64,000 bases of DNA from assembly GCF_009914755.1 (NCBI RefSeq), contig NC_060927.1. One strand, written 5' to 3'. The translations under genes were made by a program, and so were the position numbers. The notes beneath the pieces are model-generated. The model was not told the DNA's origin. It searched no databases and saw nothing but the letters and a program-made list of their open reading frames with translations. Positions 14,169-30,339 of this stretch are shown here, in pieces (position 1 is the first letter of the stretch; every line of letters starts with the position of its first letter). Origin of the DNA: the human T2T-CHM13v2.0 reference genome, Homo sapiens.

Positions 14169-15810
14169 GTATTAAAGTAGAATAACTGGTTATTCCACAA
14201 TAAGAAAGAGAAAAATGTAGAGAAAAAAAGAAAGATGAACAAAAAAAAAGTTTCTTAGAAAAAGTTTTGAAAAAGGAATCTTATCTTGTGCAGTCAGGGC
14301 TGGCTAAGATTGGATGCATGTATTTATTTTTTAATAGTCCTAGTATTAATAGTATACTGATGCAAAACTAAAATTTGTTTTCTTTTCTCAAAATGAAGAA
14401 GTTTTTTGTTGTTTGGGTTTCTTATTTGTGCTGGTGGTCTGTTCTTAATTAAGAAATCATAAAAAAATTGTTTTTCAGCCTCATAAGTAATCTGCCTCAG
14501 AAACAAATATTTTGTGTTTCATTAAGATAATTTTCTGTGCTTTACATTGTCCTCATTAGGTATTTAATTACTTAAGAAAAGTGCATCTTCTCAATATTAA
14601 AAAAGCTATGTCTATATGTAACTGAGTAACTTTTTATATTTGCTTTCAATTTCTTTTATCACTTTGGTATTATTTCAGAGTGACCTATAATCCCATTTAC
14701 TCAAGTATTTTAAATCTTTGACATTTTTGACAACTTACCAAAATCAAATTATAAAATAAGTCTTTTTGATCTTGCACTAATTTTTAGACTTTTCAGATGG
14801 GCCCCTGAAACATCTGAAAACAATTTATTGTCTCTCCTTATAAAAGAGGGATTTTAAAGTAATTAGGTTTATTTGATATGCCCTACATAGGAGTCATTGT
14901 CAAATATTAAGTGATACTTTCTTTAAGTTATATTTGTTATTGATGTGATTATTTCAAAAAACGGATATAATTTCCACAAATGTATATGGCCTTGTATAAT
15001 GTCGTCAGTAATAATTTTGGTTATTATCTCAAAATGTTGTGTGCCACAGAAATAATAAAATTTCATTGTCAGTTTCATCATTATTATAATATACTCTCAT
15101 CAGATCTTACCCATGACTATTTTAAGTCTTTTGTCATCCATAGCCAATTATTGTTTTACTCAAATTATTTTATGAAAGTGTTTGCAATCAGTTACATTCC
15201 CAAATGGCTTCTTTTTTCAATGAGATAAGAAAAAGACTCTGACAATTTATCTAGAATGCAAGTTTCCAATAACTTTAAATCATACCACTGGACTAAGTAA
15301 GAATTTCCAGAACTCTAATGAAGAAACTGAAGAGTTTTTGAAAGTATTTATCAGATTAAGTGGAACAAGAACTGATTACATGGGGCTGAATGAAGTGAAG
15401 GGTATAAATGTTTTTGTGAGTTTTTGTTTGAAACATTGCTGGTTCTTTAATGTTTTGTTTTCCAGATTTAAGGAAATGTATTGTTTATTTTTCTTAAGCT
15501 ATCTATGGCTTACAAAATTTTTGAAAAGTATATCATGGTGAACAAAACTTCACCAATTATTTTTTCCCTACCTGATTCCTCCAGAACTTGAAAACTACTC
15601 ATTAGTATTATACATTTTATGGCAATATATAGTTATTTGCATAAGTTTAATAAGAATCTGTTATCCTTGTAACGGAACAAATTTGGAAACTCTAGTTATA
15701 GTACCAAGGCTTTAACTGGAATGTTACATTTTCAGATATAACCAGACAACTTTAAATAACTTTGGTTGACTTTATTAAGTCAATAAAGCCTCTCAGAAAA
15801 AACAAAAACA

Positions 15811-16678
15811 TAGTATTCCATGGTGTATATGTGCCACATTTTCTTAATCCAGTCTGTCATTGTTGGACATTTGGGTTGGTTCCAAGTCTTTGCTATTGTG
15901 AATAATGCCGCAATAAACATACAGGTGCATGTGTCTTTATAGCAGTATGATTTATAGTCCTTTGGGTATATACCCAGTAATGGGATGGCTGGGTCAAATG
16001 GTATTTCCAGTTCTAGATCCCTGAGGAATCGCCACACTGACTTCCACAATGGTTGAACTAGTTTACAGTCCCACCAACAGTGTAAAAGTGTTCCTATTTC
16101 TCCACATCCTCTCCAGCACCTGTTGTTTCCTGACTTTTTAATGATTGCCATTCTAACTGGTGTGAGATGGTATCTCATTGTGGTTTTGATTTGCATTTCT
16201 CTGATGGCCAGTGATGATGAGCATTTTTTCATGTGTTTTTTGGCTGCATAAATGTCTTCTTTTGAGAAGTGTCTGTTCATGTCCTTCACCCACTTTTTGA
16301 TGGGGTTGTTTGTTTTTTTCTTGTAAATTTTGCAGCCATAAAAAAGTGATGAGTTCATGTCCTTTGTAGGGACATGGATGAAATTGGAAATCATCATTCT
16401 CAGTAAACTATCGCAAGAACAAAAAACCAAACACCGCATATTCTCACTCATAGGTGGGAACTGAACAATGAGATCACATGGACACAGGAAGGGGAATATC
16501 ACACTCTGGGGACTGTTGTGGGGTGGTGGGAGCGGGGAGGGATAGCATCGGGAGATATACCTAATGCTAGATGACGAGTTAGTGGGTGCAGCGCACCAGC
16601 ATGGCACATGTATACATATGTAACTAACCTGCACAATGTGCACATGTACCCTAAAACTTAAAAGTATAATAAAAAAAA
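15811..16678 (+). mobile_element. 5'-truncated, 5'-inverted L1PA2 (inverted part 15811-16330, sense part 16331-16678)
   Basis: ORF2 C-terminus on the minus strand, then sense 3'UTR with the GAG diagnostic (gatgacGAGttagtgg); perfect 16-bp TSD AGAAAAAACAAAAACA at 15795-15810 and 16679-16694. Confidence 0.95.
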
Positions 16679-17817
16679 AGAAAAAACAAAAACAAAAACA
16701 AACAAGCAAACAGAAAAATGCCTGGTATTCTGCTATTCTGCATACATGGTTCCCATGCAGGTGAGTAAAGAATGTGTTCCTAGTAAGCCCAGGAACATCA
16801 GAATATTTGGAATATTTGGGAACCTCAAAAGAGTGGAATTCAGTCAAGTCTATAGGAATTTGAGAAGTAATCAAATGGTTAACACTTGGCTTGGCTTCTT
16901 AGCCAGGCAAAGCTTTTAAATTTCGAATCTGAGATTCCTTATTCAAAGTTCTTGAAAAGCAGACTGAAATGACTATGTGATCAATCACTTGCTGCATTTA
17001 TGTAACTAATTGGGCCATGTTTAATGAAAGTAGAATTATTTTGCAAATAAATAAATTTTACCCTAATTATTTTTGAAAAAAATTTAATATGGTTCCGGAA
17101 AGAAAAAATATGTTTTATGAAAAACTATAACAAACTCTTGTGGGCATTAGATCCTCATTCTGTTTATTCTTTTGGAGGTTTTGTTATTTACCTATGATCT
17201 GAACTGAATCCTGAATTCTTCTAGTTTTCTTTCATATCTGGTTACAACTACACAAATTAATAATACTTTCAATTTTTCTCCAATCCTTCTTGGTTGAAAT
17301 CCTTAAAATTATAACTTGCCTATTTCTGAAGCCCTGCAAGTAAAACTGGATATCTCTATATAGACTTCAGATAAATCTACAATACCTTATACATGGACAA
17401 ACTTCGTCCTGTCACTCAGGAAGCCCATCAAAACACCCAAGGCTAACTGTATTCCAGGAAAACCTGTCAAATTGCCGTTGCCTGACTTCACTCTACCTGA
17501 GATGTTTAGAGCTCAACTTCTAGAAATCTCAACTGGCTACCCTCTAAACTAACAAACTGAATTTATAGTTTGTTCTAACCATTAATATTTGCTTTTCTTT
17601 TCTTTCCATCAGAATGCCTCTTGTTAAATACTTAACTGATAATTACCACTTAGAAACCTAACTTTCGTGGGAGCCCACCTGCAACACTACCTTCTTAAAT
17701 GAGACACATCTGTTAACCGTCCAACTGGACGGAGACACTAGTTCAATGTTTTATGGGATAATCCACAAAGTAGTCTCTGGACTGTGAAACTTCTTTGGGA
17801 AGTGTTATACAGGAGGA

Positions 17818-18325
17818 TAACGGGGTTCATGACAAGCTAACCCAACACATGTCATCTTGCCATCTAAGAAGACAGCAGAAGGAGGAAGTCCATAGCCACC
17901 TTCTTCTTGCCTTTTCTTGAAGCAAGCCATATAACCTAGGTCACTCTGACTTTCTCCCTGTCTTCTCCCCTGATAACCCTCACCGTGTTAAAAATGACAA
18001 AAGTCCTGACCTATACCCACAGGAAAGGAATGTCCATCTAGGGATGCCAAGAATATTCTGAACATACAGGTCTTGCTGACCCTCTCTCCTTGTTTATCAC
18101 CATTAAATCATATCCCTTTGTCTTTAAATTATACTTCTGCACAACTATTGATAAAAAATATACCTATTTACATATTTATTTAGTTTTTGATTTCTCAAGC
18201 CTCTCATGTCATGTAAAAATTATGTTAAGTAAATGTATATGTTCTTCTCTTGTTGATCTCTTTTTTGATCTCTTTAGTTATGAACCTTGGAATCGGTGAG
18301 GGAAAGATTATTTATCGACCCTACA
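17818..18325 (+). mobile_element. ERV1 provirus 3' LTR
   Basis: Diverged direct copy of 9369-9862 (shared gaagcaa.ccata.aacctagg, ggaaaggaatg, ctgaaca.acagg, ggtgagg.aaagat); ends CCCTACA. Confidence 0.85.
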
Positions 18326-18445
18326 AAAATGAAAGTGAAAAGAGAAATCCTGATTTCACATATCTAGCTCCCAGAATTGTGAGGAAACAAATATCTATTA
18401 AGCCATCCAGTCTCTGGTACTTTGTTATCACAGTACTGTAATATA
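18326..18445 (+). mobile_element. MLT1B LTR, 3' part
   Basis: 'ccagaattgtgaggaaacaaat...ttaagccatccagtctctggtactttgttat' matches the MLT1B 3' end. Confidence 0.75.
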
Positions 18446-19579
18446 GGAAACAACTTAGAAATATGCCTGCCACAGGCTAGAAACATTTTAACAATGAAAA
18501 TTCATTCATTTATTCTTGAAACAAACAGCAACTACAGCTTACATATATGTCAATTTGAAGTTGGTTTAAGTACTCTGTTAAACTGGTATTTCAGCAAACT
18601 ATGGTTTCAATAGTTTAATCATAAATAAATAATATCAAAAAACTTAGTTAAATACATTCCAAAGGAAACTCTCTACTTTTATATGCTTTCCTTTTAAGGA
18701 TTTCCCCAGAATGTATTTGTCATGTGAATGAAATTATTTAAGTATCTGTGATTCAAACAGAAATATTATTTTATAAATATGTCATAACTTTCTGGAACAA
18801 TGTTGAGGAATTTTAGAGGAGGAAATAAAAACTAACACAACAAGTATTTTAATAATAATGGAAAATATTTGTTTAAAAGCAACATTTCAGAAGCCTATAA
18901 CTGTTAAACATTAAAGCAAACATCTTATTTTATCATTATATTAAATACAAAATGTTTTCTTTTGTCACTCTTTAATGTTCAAATAAACTTTTAGAGAGTT
19001 ACACCTGACAACTTTTATCTCCTTAATCCTTTTTGTCACTAAGTTCTTGCAAATTATGATTAAACAGAACATAGATTTTTCTGAAATCTCCTATGGCAAC
19101 TGCACATTTTCCTTAAACTGTTTTAGATGAAAAAATAATTTTTCAACGTATTATACATTTCTTTGACTTTTTAATATAGTAAAAAGAACATGATTTTATT
19201 TTGTGCTTTAAAAATATAAACATGATACTTAGTCATGGTTCTTAGTGCAAATGCCAGAATTCATCTCTGAGAGAAATTTATTTATAGTTATTTTATAAGG
19301 TCAGTTTATTGCATTATTTGTAAATTGTCTTTTGGATAAAACACACCCAGATTTCGATGTGATTTACTTGAGCATAATAGACCACAGCCACAATCTGTAA
19401 GTATTTTTTTCTCCAAGAAAAGGCAATTTTATTAATCATATTATAAAGGTTATAAAGTTTCAGGCCAATAAAGAATAATTTAACTTTCTTAGGCTCTTAT
19501 GTCGATGAGTAAGAAAAGAAAACATTTGGATACCTTAACTTCTATGATGAGAGGCAAGATATAAATAATGCTTATTGTT

Positions 19580-19913
<334 letters not shown>

Positions 19914-20924
19914 TTATCAGCAGAGAGTGTCTGTTTTGTGATAGCCAATGAAAACACAACAAACGTCTAATATAAAACGGTTATCACTAATTAATGCAAT
20001 GAATAAAGGAAATAACTTTTCCATTTAACATTAATTCACTAAGCAGTTGCTAAGGAGTTTCTATTCACACAGATATATCAAAGATGTGTATCTCGTATAA
20101 AATCAAAATCAAAGTTTGATGGATTTTTTTTATTGTTTTTAATAGAGAAAAAATCCATTAGGAAACTAGCACCTTATTTATATGATACATACTGTATAAC
20201 TTGCCACTTTTGTGACATAGTTTCTACAAAAATCCCAAACGACTAGTCAAGCTCTCATTAATTTTTTAAATTGTTTTTACTTCTTATGTACGCAGCTGAA
20301 TAATACAGTAGAGCAGAAAAAAAATATTGTAACATATTACCCTTGACATACCTAGTCTGCAATAATATTTTACTAGGTGGGTTTAGTGCACCCTTCCTTG
20401 ATTATCACCAGCAAGTGATCCAATATAACTTCACACTGTTGTATACATAATGTCAGTTGCTGATAATGAAGATAGTTTTTGCAGGAATGATGAGTTTGTT
20501 GCAAATTGTACTGTTTTAAATTTAATGTTTAAGACAAAAAAGTCATAAATTTATTGGCAAATAGCTTACTTGTACCATATGATAAATAAAATCTGCATAT
20601 TCTAATTTTAATGAATCTATTATTTTTAACTTTAAAGGAAGTTGTTCATTGAGAGGTGGCCATATACTTCTGCCAAGGTGAAAATACCGACGATATTACT
20701 AATATATGCCCATGATTCAGTTTCTAGAAATAAAAACATCAAGTACACATTTACTCATTTATCTTCCTACTTTTTTCTATAAAGTGTTGTTTTGTGCCCC
20801 AAATACCCCTTTCACCTCCAGAATTTCTGCCTCAAAAAAACTGTAGCACCATACGGTGCAAAGAAAATTGAGAACAGAGTCAGGAAAATCATAGAACTGT
20901 GAAAAACAACTTGTAACTCAGAAG

Positions 20925-21590
<666 letters not shown>

Positions 21591-21629
21591 TCATAGCTAA
21601 ACAAATGACAATAAGCATAATATGGACTA

Positions 21630-21745
21630 CAGTGCTTCTTAACCTTGGATTACAATAGAATTCAAAGTTATATTAAAAATGTTAATATCTGTGCTCATGC
21701 CAGATAAATTATATGAGAATCTAGGGGTGGGGCTGGAGTCTGACC
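21630..21745 (+). mobile_element. MER5-like hAT DNA transposon fragment
   Basis: 'cagtgcttcttaaccttgg...tagaat...gagaatctaggggtggggc' resembles the MER5A/B terminus. Confidence 0.5.
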
Positions 21746-22177
21746 ATAATATTAAGGCTACTAAAGACTACTCATGTGCTGATCTAAAAGGATATGGAAT
21801 TTTTTGTTTGTTCTACTTTACATTTTAATATCTACTATTGCATTTTGTTGAGAGATAAAAATACGTTTATATAAAATGCTACGATGTTGATAAATTGACA
21901 ATAAATAAAATTAAATAATTATAAGCAACAGCAACAAAAACAATTTTTTCTCACTATCCAGTGAGGTATCTATTTTCTCAGTCTTCTGTAAACTTCTCCC
22001 AGAAATTCCGAGGTCATTATTTACCTATTAACATTCACTAAGATTCTTTTACTTGGCTTTATCACTATCAATCATCGAAATTATTTCTTTATAATCGAAT
22101 TCATAGATCAAACTTTTGTTTTTACTATTATTAAATTAATCATTTATCAGTATATTTGTGTTTTAGTTCAACATTTC

Positions 22178-22482
22178 TTTTTTTTTTTTTTTTTTTTTTT
22201 TGAGACGGAGTCTCGCTCTTTCACCCAGGCGGGACTGCAGTGGCGCTATCTCGGCTCACTGAAAGCTCTGCCTCCCGGATTCACGCTGTTCTCCTGCCTC
22301 AGCCTCCCAGGTAGCTGGGACTACAGGCGCCCACCACTGCGCCCAGCTAATTTTTTGTATTTTTAGTAGAGATGGGGTTTCACCATGTTAGCCAGGATGG
22401 TCTCGATCTCCTGACCTCGTGATCCGCCTGTCTCGGCCTCCCAAAATGCTGGGATTACAGGCGTGAGCCACTGCACCCGGCC
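22178..22482 (-). mobile_element. AluY (AluYk-like, CpG-rich)
   Basis: Long poly(T); 'ggactgcagtggcgctatctcgg'; TSD AACATTTCTTT at 22170 and 22483. Confidence 0.96.
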
Positions 22483-22490
22483 AACATTTC

Positions 22491-23347
22491 TTTTTTTTAT
22501 TATTATTATACTTTAAGTTTTAGGGTACATGTGCACAACGTGCAGGTTTGTTACATATGTATACATGTGCCATGTTGGTGTGCTGTACCCATTAACTCGC
22601 CATTTAACATGAGGTATATCTCCTAATGCAGTCCCTCCCCCCTCCCCCCACCCCACAACAGGCCCCAGTGTGTGATGTTCCCCTTCCTGTGTCCATGTGT
22701 TCTCATTGTTCAATTCCCACCTATGAGTGAGAACATGCGGTGTTTGCTTTTTTGTCCTCGAGATAGTTTGCTAAGAATGATGATTTCCAGCCTCATCCAT
22801 GGCCCTACAAAAGACATGAACTCATCATTTTTTATGGCTGCATAGTGTTCCGTGGTGTATATGTGCCACATTTTCTTATTCCAGTCTATCATTGTTGGAC
22901 ATTTGGGTTGGTTCCAAGTTTTTGCTATTGTGAATAGTGCCACAATAAACATACGTGTGCATGTGTCTTTATAGCAGCATGATTTATAAACCTTTGGGTA
23001 TATACCCAGTACTGGGATGGCTGGGTCAAATGGTATTTCTAGTTATAGATCCCTGAGGAATCGCCACACTGACTTTCCACAATGGTTGCACTAGTTTACA
23101 GTCCCACCAACAGTGTAAAAGTGTTCCTATTTCTCCACATCCTCTCCAGCACCTGTTGTTTCCTGACTTTTTAATGATTGTCATTCTAACTGGTGTGAGA
23201 TGGTATCTCATTGTGGTTTTGATTTGCATTTCTCTGATGGCCAGTGATGATGAGCATTTTTTCATATGTCTTTTGGCTGCATAAATGTCTTCTTTCGAGA
23301 AGTGTCTGTTCATATCCTTTGCCCACTTGTTGATGGGGTTGTTTGTT
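22491..23347 (-). mobile_element. 5'-truncated L1PA4/PA5-like element (ORF2 C-terminus and 3'UTR)
   Basis: ORFs 23026..23313 and 22710..22952 are frameshifted L1 ORF2p C-terminal peptides; TSD GTTCAACATTTC at 22166-22177 and 23345-23356. Confidence 0.95.
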
Positions 23348-26300
23348 CAACATTTCAAACAACCTCATTGAAATTGTGACCGGAAATCCCTGGCATTGCC
23401 AATTTAATATTTTCAACACTGAATTATCTTCCCTTCACAAAAGACTAAAAAAGTCTAGATTTCTCCGTTTCTAGTAGCAGTATACTGTTCCTTCAAAGTA
23501 GAATGTGAGGTTTATCTTTTAATCACCCTCCTCCCTCATGTTTCTTAAACTTCCAAATTAAACAAGTTACAAAATATGTAATATTTTATTTACTAACTGA
23601 TTTGTTTATTCATTTTTTATTCATTATGTCTATGCTGCCCTATTTGTATACTCTGGGAATTTTGGAAATTGACCATGGAACTCACTTACTGAAACATGTC
23701 CAGTGATTCTTTGTTTACCTAAAGCTAAATTAGTCAATAGTGACATTCAAATAGTTTCCCTCTACAAGCAGCATGATGACTAAGCTAATTGCCCAAAGAA
23801 TCTATTTATAAGCCTTTCAGCACCTTAAAAATTTCTTTAATTCAACTAAAAATACAGCTGAATGTAATCATATCCTTAAGTGACAGGTTTTTTTTTCAAT
23901 TTTATATTAAAATATATCTGAGGGCTGGGATTAAATTTTATTCAACTTTGTATTCTCTCAAAGGCCTTAGTAAGAATAAGATTTAATTTATTCAGCAAAA
24001 TATATTGAATTTATATTAGTACATAATGCCTGTGGAATCTAAAATACACAGGCAAAATAAAGTTGCTAAATCAATTTTAAAATTTCTCAGGGGAAAATAC
24101 AACTCATAACATTTCAAGATGTGATACTCATGCTTAAAATATCATTGCTGCATTCCAATTTGTAAACTAAATAAAGCCTATTCTGTGTAAGCATGAAGAG
24201 GACAACTTGTAAGTAATAGAATTAGAATGGATTTGTGGTTTAGCGTTCTTTCCAGCATAACACAGTTGGCCCCATTTCCCAACCCCTTTGTCATGTGAAC
24301 TAATTTTACCAATCAGGCTGTAGAAGTACAGCATAGCCAAGGAAGATTTTGTTGAAATAGTGTTTTAAATACCACCTTGATTTAGTCCACGCCGCCGTAG
24401 CATTTACACTTCCTTAGTCTATTCTAACTCAAGAAATGGTATGCATTTTTTAAAACAAAACTTTCTGTTTATAAAGAGAAACTATAGTCTGAAATCTGCC
24501 TCAAAATGTTTTGTGTTATGCAGAGTAGGAAATAATTAAAAAGAGAACGTCCTCCAATGGGAATTTTATTCATTCATTTGAAAGTACTTAGCACAAAGTT
24601 TGGAGCAGCAATGCCACTGGCCTCCCCTTCCACTCATTGCCCAGCACATGTGTTAAGTAATGATTTTTATGCATAAGTCTTCCTATCCTGCTTAGGCTGA
24701 TTCAAAATATTAAGAGGCTTTACACTTTTTCTGTCTTGGCAATATCTCTGCAGCAATTCTGGATCATGACCCGGACTGTTGAAAACCATAAAAATAAAAA
24801 ATATATATATATAACCATTTCATTTTATACAGTTTTGTGGAGGAGCAGGTGTCTGATAAAAAGCCCCACTCCTTAGTGTTGAGGCAAAAACAGCAGTTGA
24901 TGAGCAAAGAGCACCCTTTCCTGTGGAGTTTAAATTAAACTCGGATTTGTTTCAGCAGGGCCTTAATAGAAGCTCTATGATTGGGATGCTTTGGCTTAGC
25001 TGATATCTCCATATGCTTTTGCTATGTCGAAGCCCATTTAATCATTTCGTACACTCAAATAGATAGTATTAGTGATAACCAACTGCTATATGTATTAAAT
25101 GTATGATCATTATTTGTGACCTTGTGCCACAGTTCTTATATATGCAAGTTGTAAGAAAAGCATATTAATATTGCTGTCATCCCCTTTTGTATTTATGGCC
25201 AGTATTTACTCTTCACTATTTTACTTTTCCAATCACAACTGCCAATCCTATTGCTCCATATCAAGCTAAATTTACACTCCCTGAAGAATCTCCTTCTGTC
25301 TGTAATCAAGAAAACTCAGCCTCTGGAAGACCTGCCATTGTGAAAAGGATTTAGCAGCCACTACTAGCACAGTGGTGCATTACTGGTAGGAACATTAATA
25401 AATGTTTCTTTGAGTTGCCATAGAAGGATAGAAGAAAAGGTAGAGGAGGATAAAAATTAGGCAGATAAGAAATTAGAATTGTTGGTCTTTTGACACTTAA
25501 AAGCGTAAATGTATTAATACGCAGTGATGTTTGTATCTGTTAAGTAAAAATCAATTTTCTACAAAATATAATATATAAAATATAGTCTCAGCTATTTTTG
25601 TGTTTATGTGTTTTTATGGCGATCTGAATAGATAGATAAACACAAAAGTGATAAGGCAGTTTATCAATGGTTGTAGGGAATTACTGATATTGATTGTTTT
25701 TCTAAATTAAGACTCATTTTCTAATCACAATTTAACCAATTTTTTAAAAAAAGAAAAAAATTATGAAAAAAGGAAAATAAGGAATATCCTTAACAATAAG
25801 AAAGTGTCCTGGATAAATGTGGCATAATTTGCTAAAGAATTCAACAGCTTCGAATTTTCTGAAAGAACCAAGCCTCATCTAACTGTGTTCATTGTAAAAA
25901 TATAGTGATTCTTAGCCAAATTAAGAGTTCTCAAATTTGAAGAAAACTTGTCCTCATGGTGTAAATGGGGCACAATGCCCTTTCTATTTTGAGTAATGGA
26001 AAATAAACAATGTCAAGAAAATGGTACCTAAGAAAATAATACCCAGTTATCATGTCAAAACTAAGTAGTCTGGAAGTACTTTGAAAACCAGAAATAGATC
26101 AATGAGTATAGTCAAGCTAGACCCACAAGTAGATTGTTTTCCTAGTGTCTTTTCCAGTCTTCCTAGTGCCCAGTATCAAACAACTGATATATGTGGACTG
26201 ATGGCAGAATATTTGCATTCAATTCTTATCAAACATAATGTATGCTTATCAGTTTCCATATAAGGAGAGCTCAATTCACATACATTAGGTTAGAAGAAAG

Positions 26301-26834
26301 AAGAGTCTTCCAAGTGGTAGAGTTGATCATTTTAAAAGTAGTCAAGCAAGTAATCCTCCTAAGAGTAAAAGTATTCATTCCACCAAACTGGGATGGTGGG
26401 GTGGGGGTGGCTGGGGGGAAAGAAAATTAAAGAGTATTCTGTAAGGAATACATTATTTCTAGTGATAACTATTTTCTTAGATATGGAGGGAAAGACAACC
26501 AGACATGAAATAATCGTTCTTTGTGAAAATAGAATAATAGGAAGGATTAGGTAGAATTTTAGTGAATGATCTTTTCTTAGTGCGTCCTTCTATCTAATAT
26601 ACTTCTCTCTTGATTCATATGGTAGTGATAGATTTCTATGAACAATGCCTTTGAGCAGGGTGTAAATAACCTTAAGCTGATTTTCTGAATACATCTCCAA
26701 ATTGATAACAAAAACCACAATCTTTGAAGCCAAGTTGTTTGCAAAACCTGAGCATTTTGAGATACATACATGCATACACATAATTATCTTAAAAAATTAC
26801 CCACTTCTATCAAAATGTAATCATTGGTAAAGCC

Positions 26835-27075
26835 TTTTATTTGTTTTCTATTACTATCATAACAAATCGCCACAAACTTAGTAGCTTAAAAACAGCACAA
26901 ATGTATGAATATTTGGGGCATCTTACAGTTCTGGAGGTTAGAAGTCTGGATGGGTCTTACTGGGCTAAAATCAAGGTGTCACCGGGCTGTTTTCTTCCTG
27001 GAAGCCCTATGAGATGGTCTGTTTTCTTGCCTTTTCTAGCTTCTAGAGGCTGCCTACCTTCCTTAGCTTGCATTT
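26835..27075 (-). mobile_element. MLT1D/C-like LTR fragment
   Basis: 'ataacaaatcgccacaaacttagtagcttaaa...tcttacagttctggagg...ctaaaatcaaggtgtca...ttttctagcttctagaggctgcc'. Confidence 0.8.
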
Positions 27076-27842
27076 GGATTTGAAGCACGTCTATCCCTGG
27101 TGCAACCGTTTGTAATAGTGTTTCAGGGTTTGGTTCACCTTCTGTTTCAGAATTAATCAAGTTTATTTCATTACCTTTAATTTTCCATTCTTCGCAGCTT
27201 TTTTATTTTTATTCTTGCCTCTGTTATGAATATTTTATAGCTAAATGATAAACTCAAGTGAAAGAAAGACTATTTCACACCTACACTGCTGAAAATTAAA
27301 CAGGCATTCTTTGCACACATTTTAACATCTTTAGTGTGTGGCCTTGCACCTTTAGTTTCCTATGAAAATCTCCTTTTATGAACTATAAGTAGTTATGATT
27401 ACATAAACTAAAGTCAGAACATTTTAAATGGCTCAAAGCAACAGCAGGGCAAACCAATTTACATTTTGAAATATGTATATTATATATATGTACATGCATA
27501 CAAATATACATTCACATGTATACACTTAAATTATAATGGTATTTAAAAACATGATGGTTTAAGTGAAAGGATAATGTCTATTCTTTATGAATTAAATATA
27601 ATTATGTATGATAGCAGAAATGTGAAAATGTCTATAATAGAAGTTGTTGACATTTACATAATGAACGTATACAAAAATGGATTTGAAAGCCATAGAAATA
27701 AAATAGTCATAAAATTATTTTCATAATGTACATAATGAAGTATTTTCAAGAGATTATTCCTCTGCGTCTGTCTTAAACTTGGGTAAATAACGGAATGGTG
27801 TTTAAGCAAATATCGCTCTCTTTATGGATTGTTACTCAGAGT

Positions 27843-27990
27843 GAATGTTTGAGTGTATGGATACTCCATTCTCCATGATGTGCTTATTTCACATTGTATG
27901 CCTGTATCAAAACATCTCATGTACCCCATAAATATATACACATACTATGTACCCACAAAAATTTAAAAAATAATTTAAAAAAATTAAAAA
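27843..27990 (+). mobile_element. L1MA (L1MA1-3-like) 3' end
   Basis: 'ccatgatgtgcttatttcacattgtatgcctgtatcaaaacatctcatgtaccccataaatatatacac' followed by an A tail. Confidence 0.88.
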
Positions 27991-28589
27991 TAGATAATGA
28001 TGATATTCCTGAAGATAACTTAAGACTGTAAGTCTGCCTCAACTAATCATATTATTTTATATTATCTGGAAACTATTAATATATCTAGTTTAGAACCTAG
28101 TCCCTTTTGTCTCACATGATCAATGATTGAAAAGGAATCTTTGAAAATATATAAATATTGAGTAATTTAGTAATTAACAGGTAATTTTTATACACAAGTA
28201 TATTTGTTATGGGCAAGAGAAGCATAAGTCCTAGTATACATTGAAGGATTTATATTCTTATAAGAATATAAAATAATATAAATATAAAAAGAATATTAGA
28301 AAAATGATTTAAATATATCCTTCTTCTATTCCTTTTCTTATATTTTATCTTTCTTGTTTTATATTTTATCAAGCTTCTCTCAATTTTCATAAATCCAAAG
28401 CCATCACATTTTACCTGGTTCAGCTGTATTATTTCTTCTAACTAAATTCCTTTAATAGGATGAGTTTGCTTGGGAATGCAGAAGTCTGATTATGCATAGT
28501 GAAGCTGCCACTTTGACTACTACAAAGAATTCACCTGTGTACCCTGCCACACTTATTTTATTTTAAGCAAATTAGATCAGTTGTGTCAA

Positions 28590-30020
<1,431 letters not shown>

Positions 30021-30339
30021 GAAAATAGTTATAAACCAGGGGATTCTATAGTATTACAGTACAAACCTCTACATTACCACCTCATAGAGGGTGAGAAGAA
30101 TGTCTAGAGATGGCATTAAGTCTTTTGTTTTTTCACTACATGCAATCAGTTGCTGCTTGTTTTCCTACTTCCTAAATATTTGGAACTCTCCCTCACTTTT
30201 GTTCTTTCATTTCATACTTCAAATTTAAGATTTGGTCCTATTTATTTTACTCCATAGTCACTGTAAAAACAACTATTTATTCCCTATCACTCCTTCTCTT
30301 TAGCAACTTTTTACTCTTCTTACTCCAAATAATTCTATT

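Noticed and set aside
24926-24942. GAGTTTAA-A-TTAAACTC inverted repeat
   Set aside because: 8-bp arms are expected by chance in 64 kb of AT-rich DNA.
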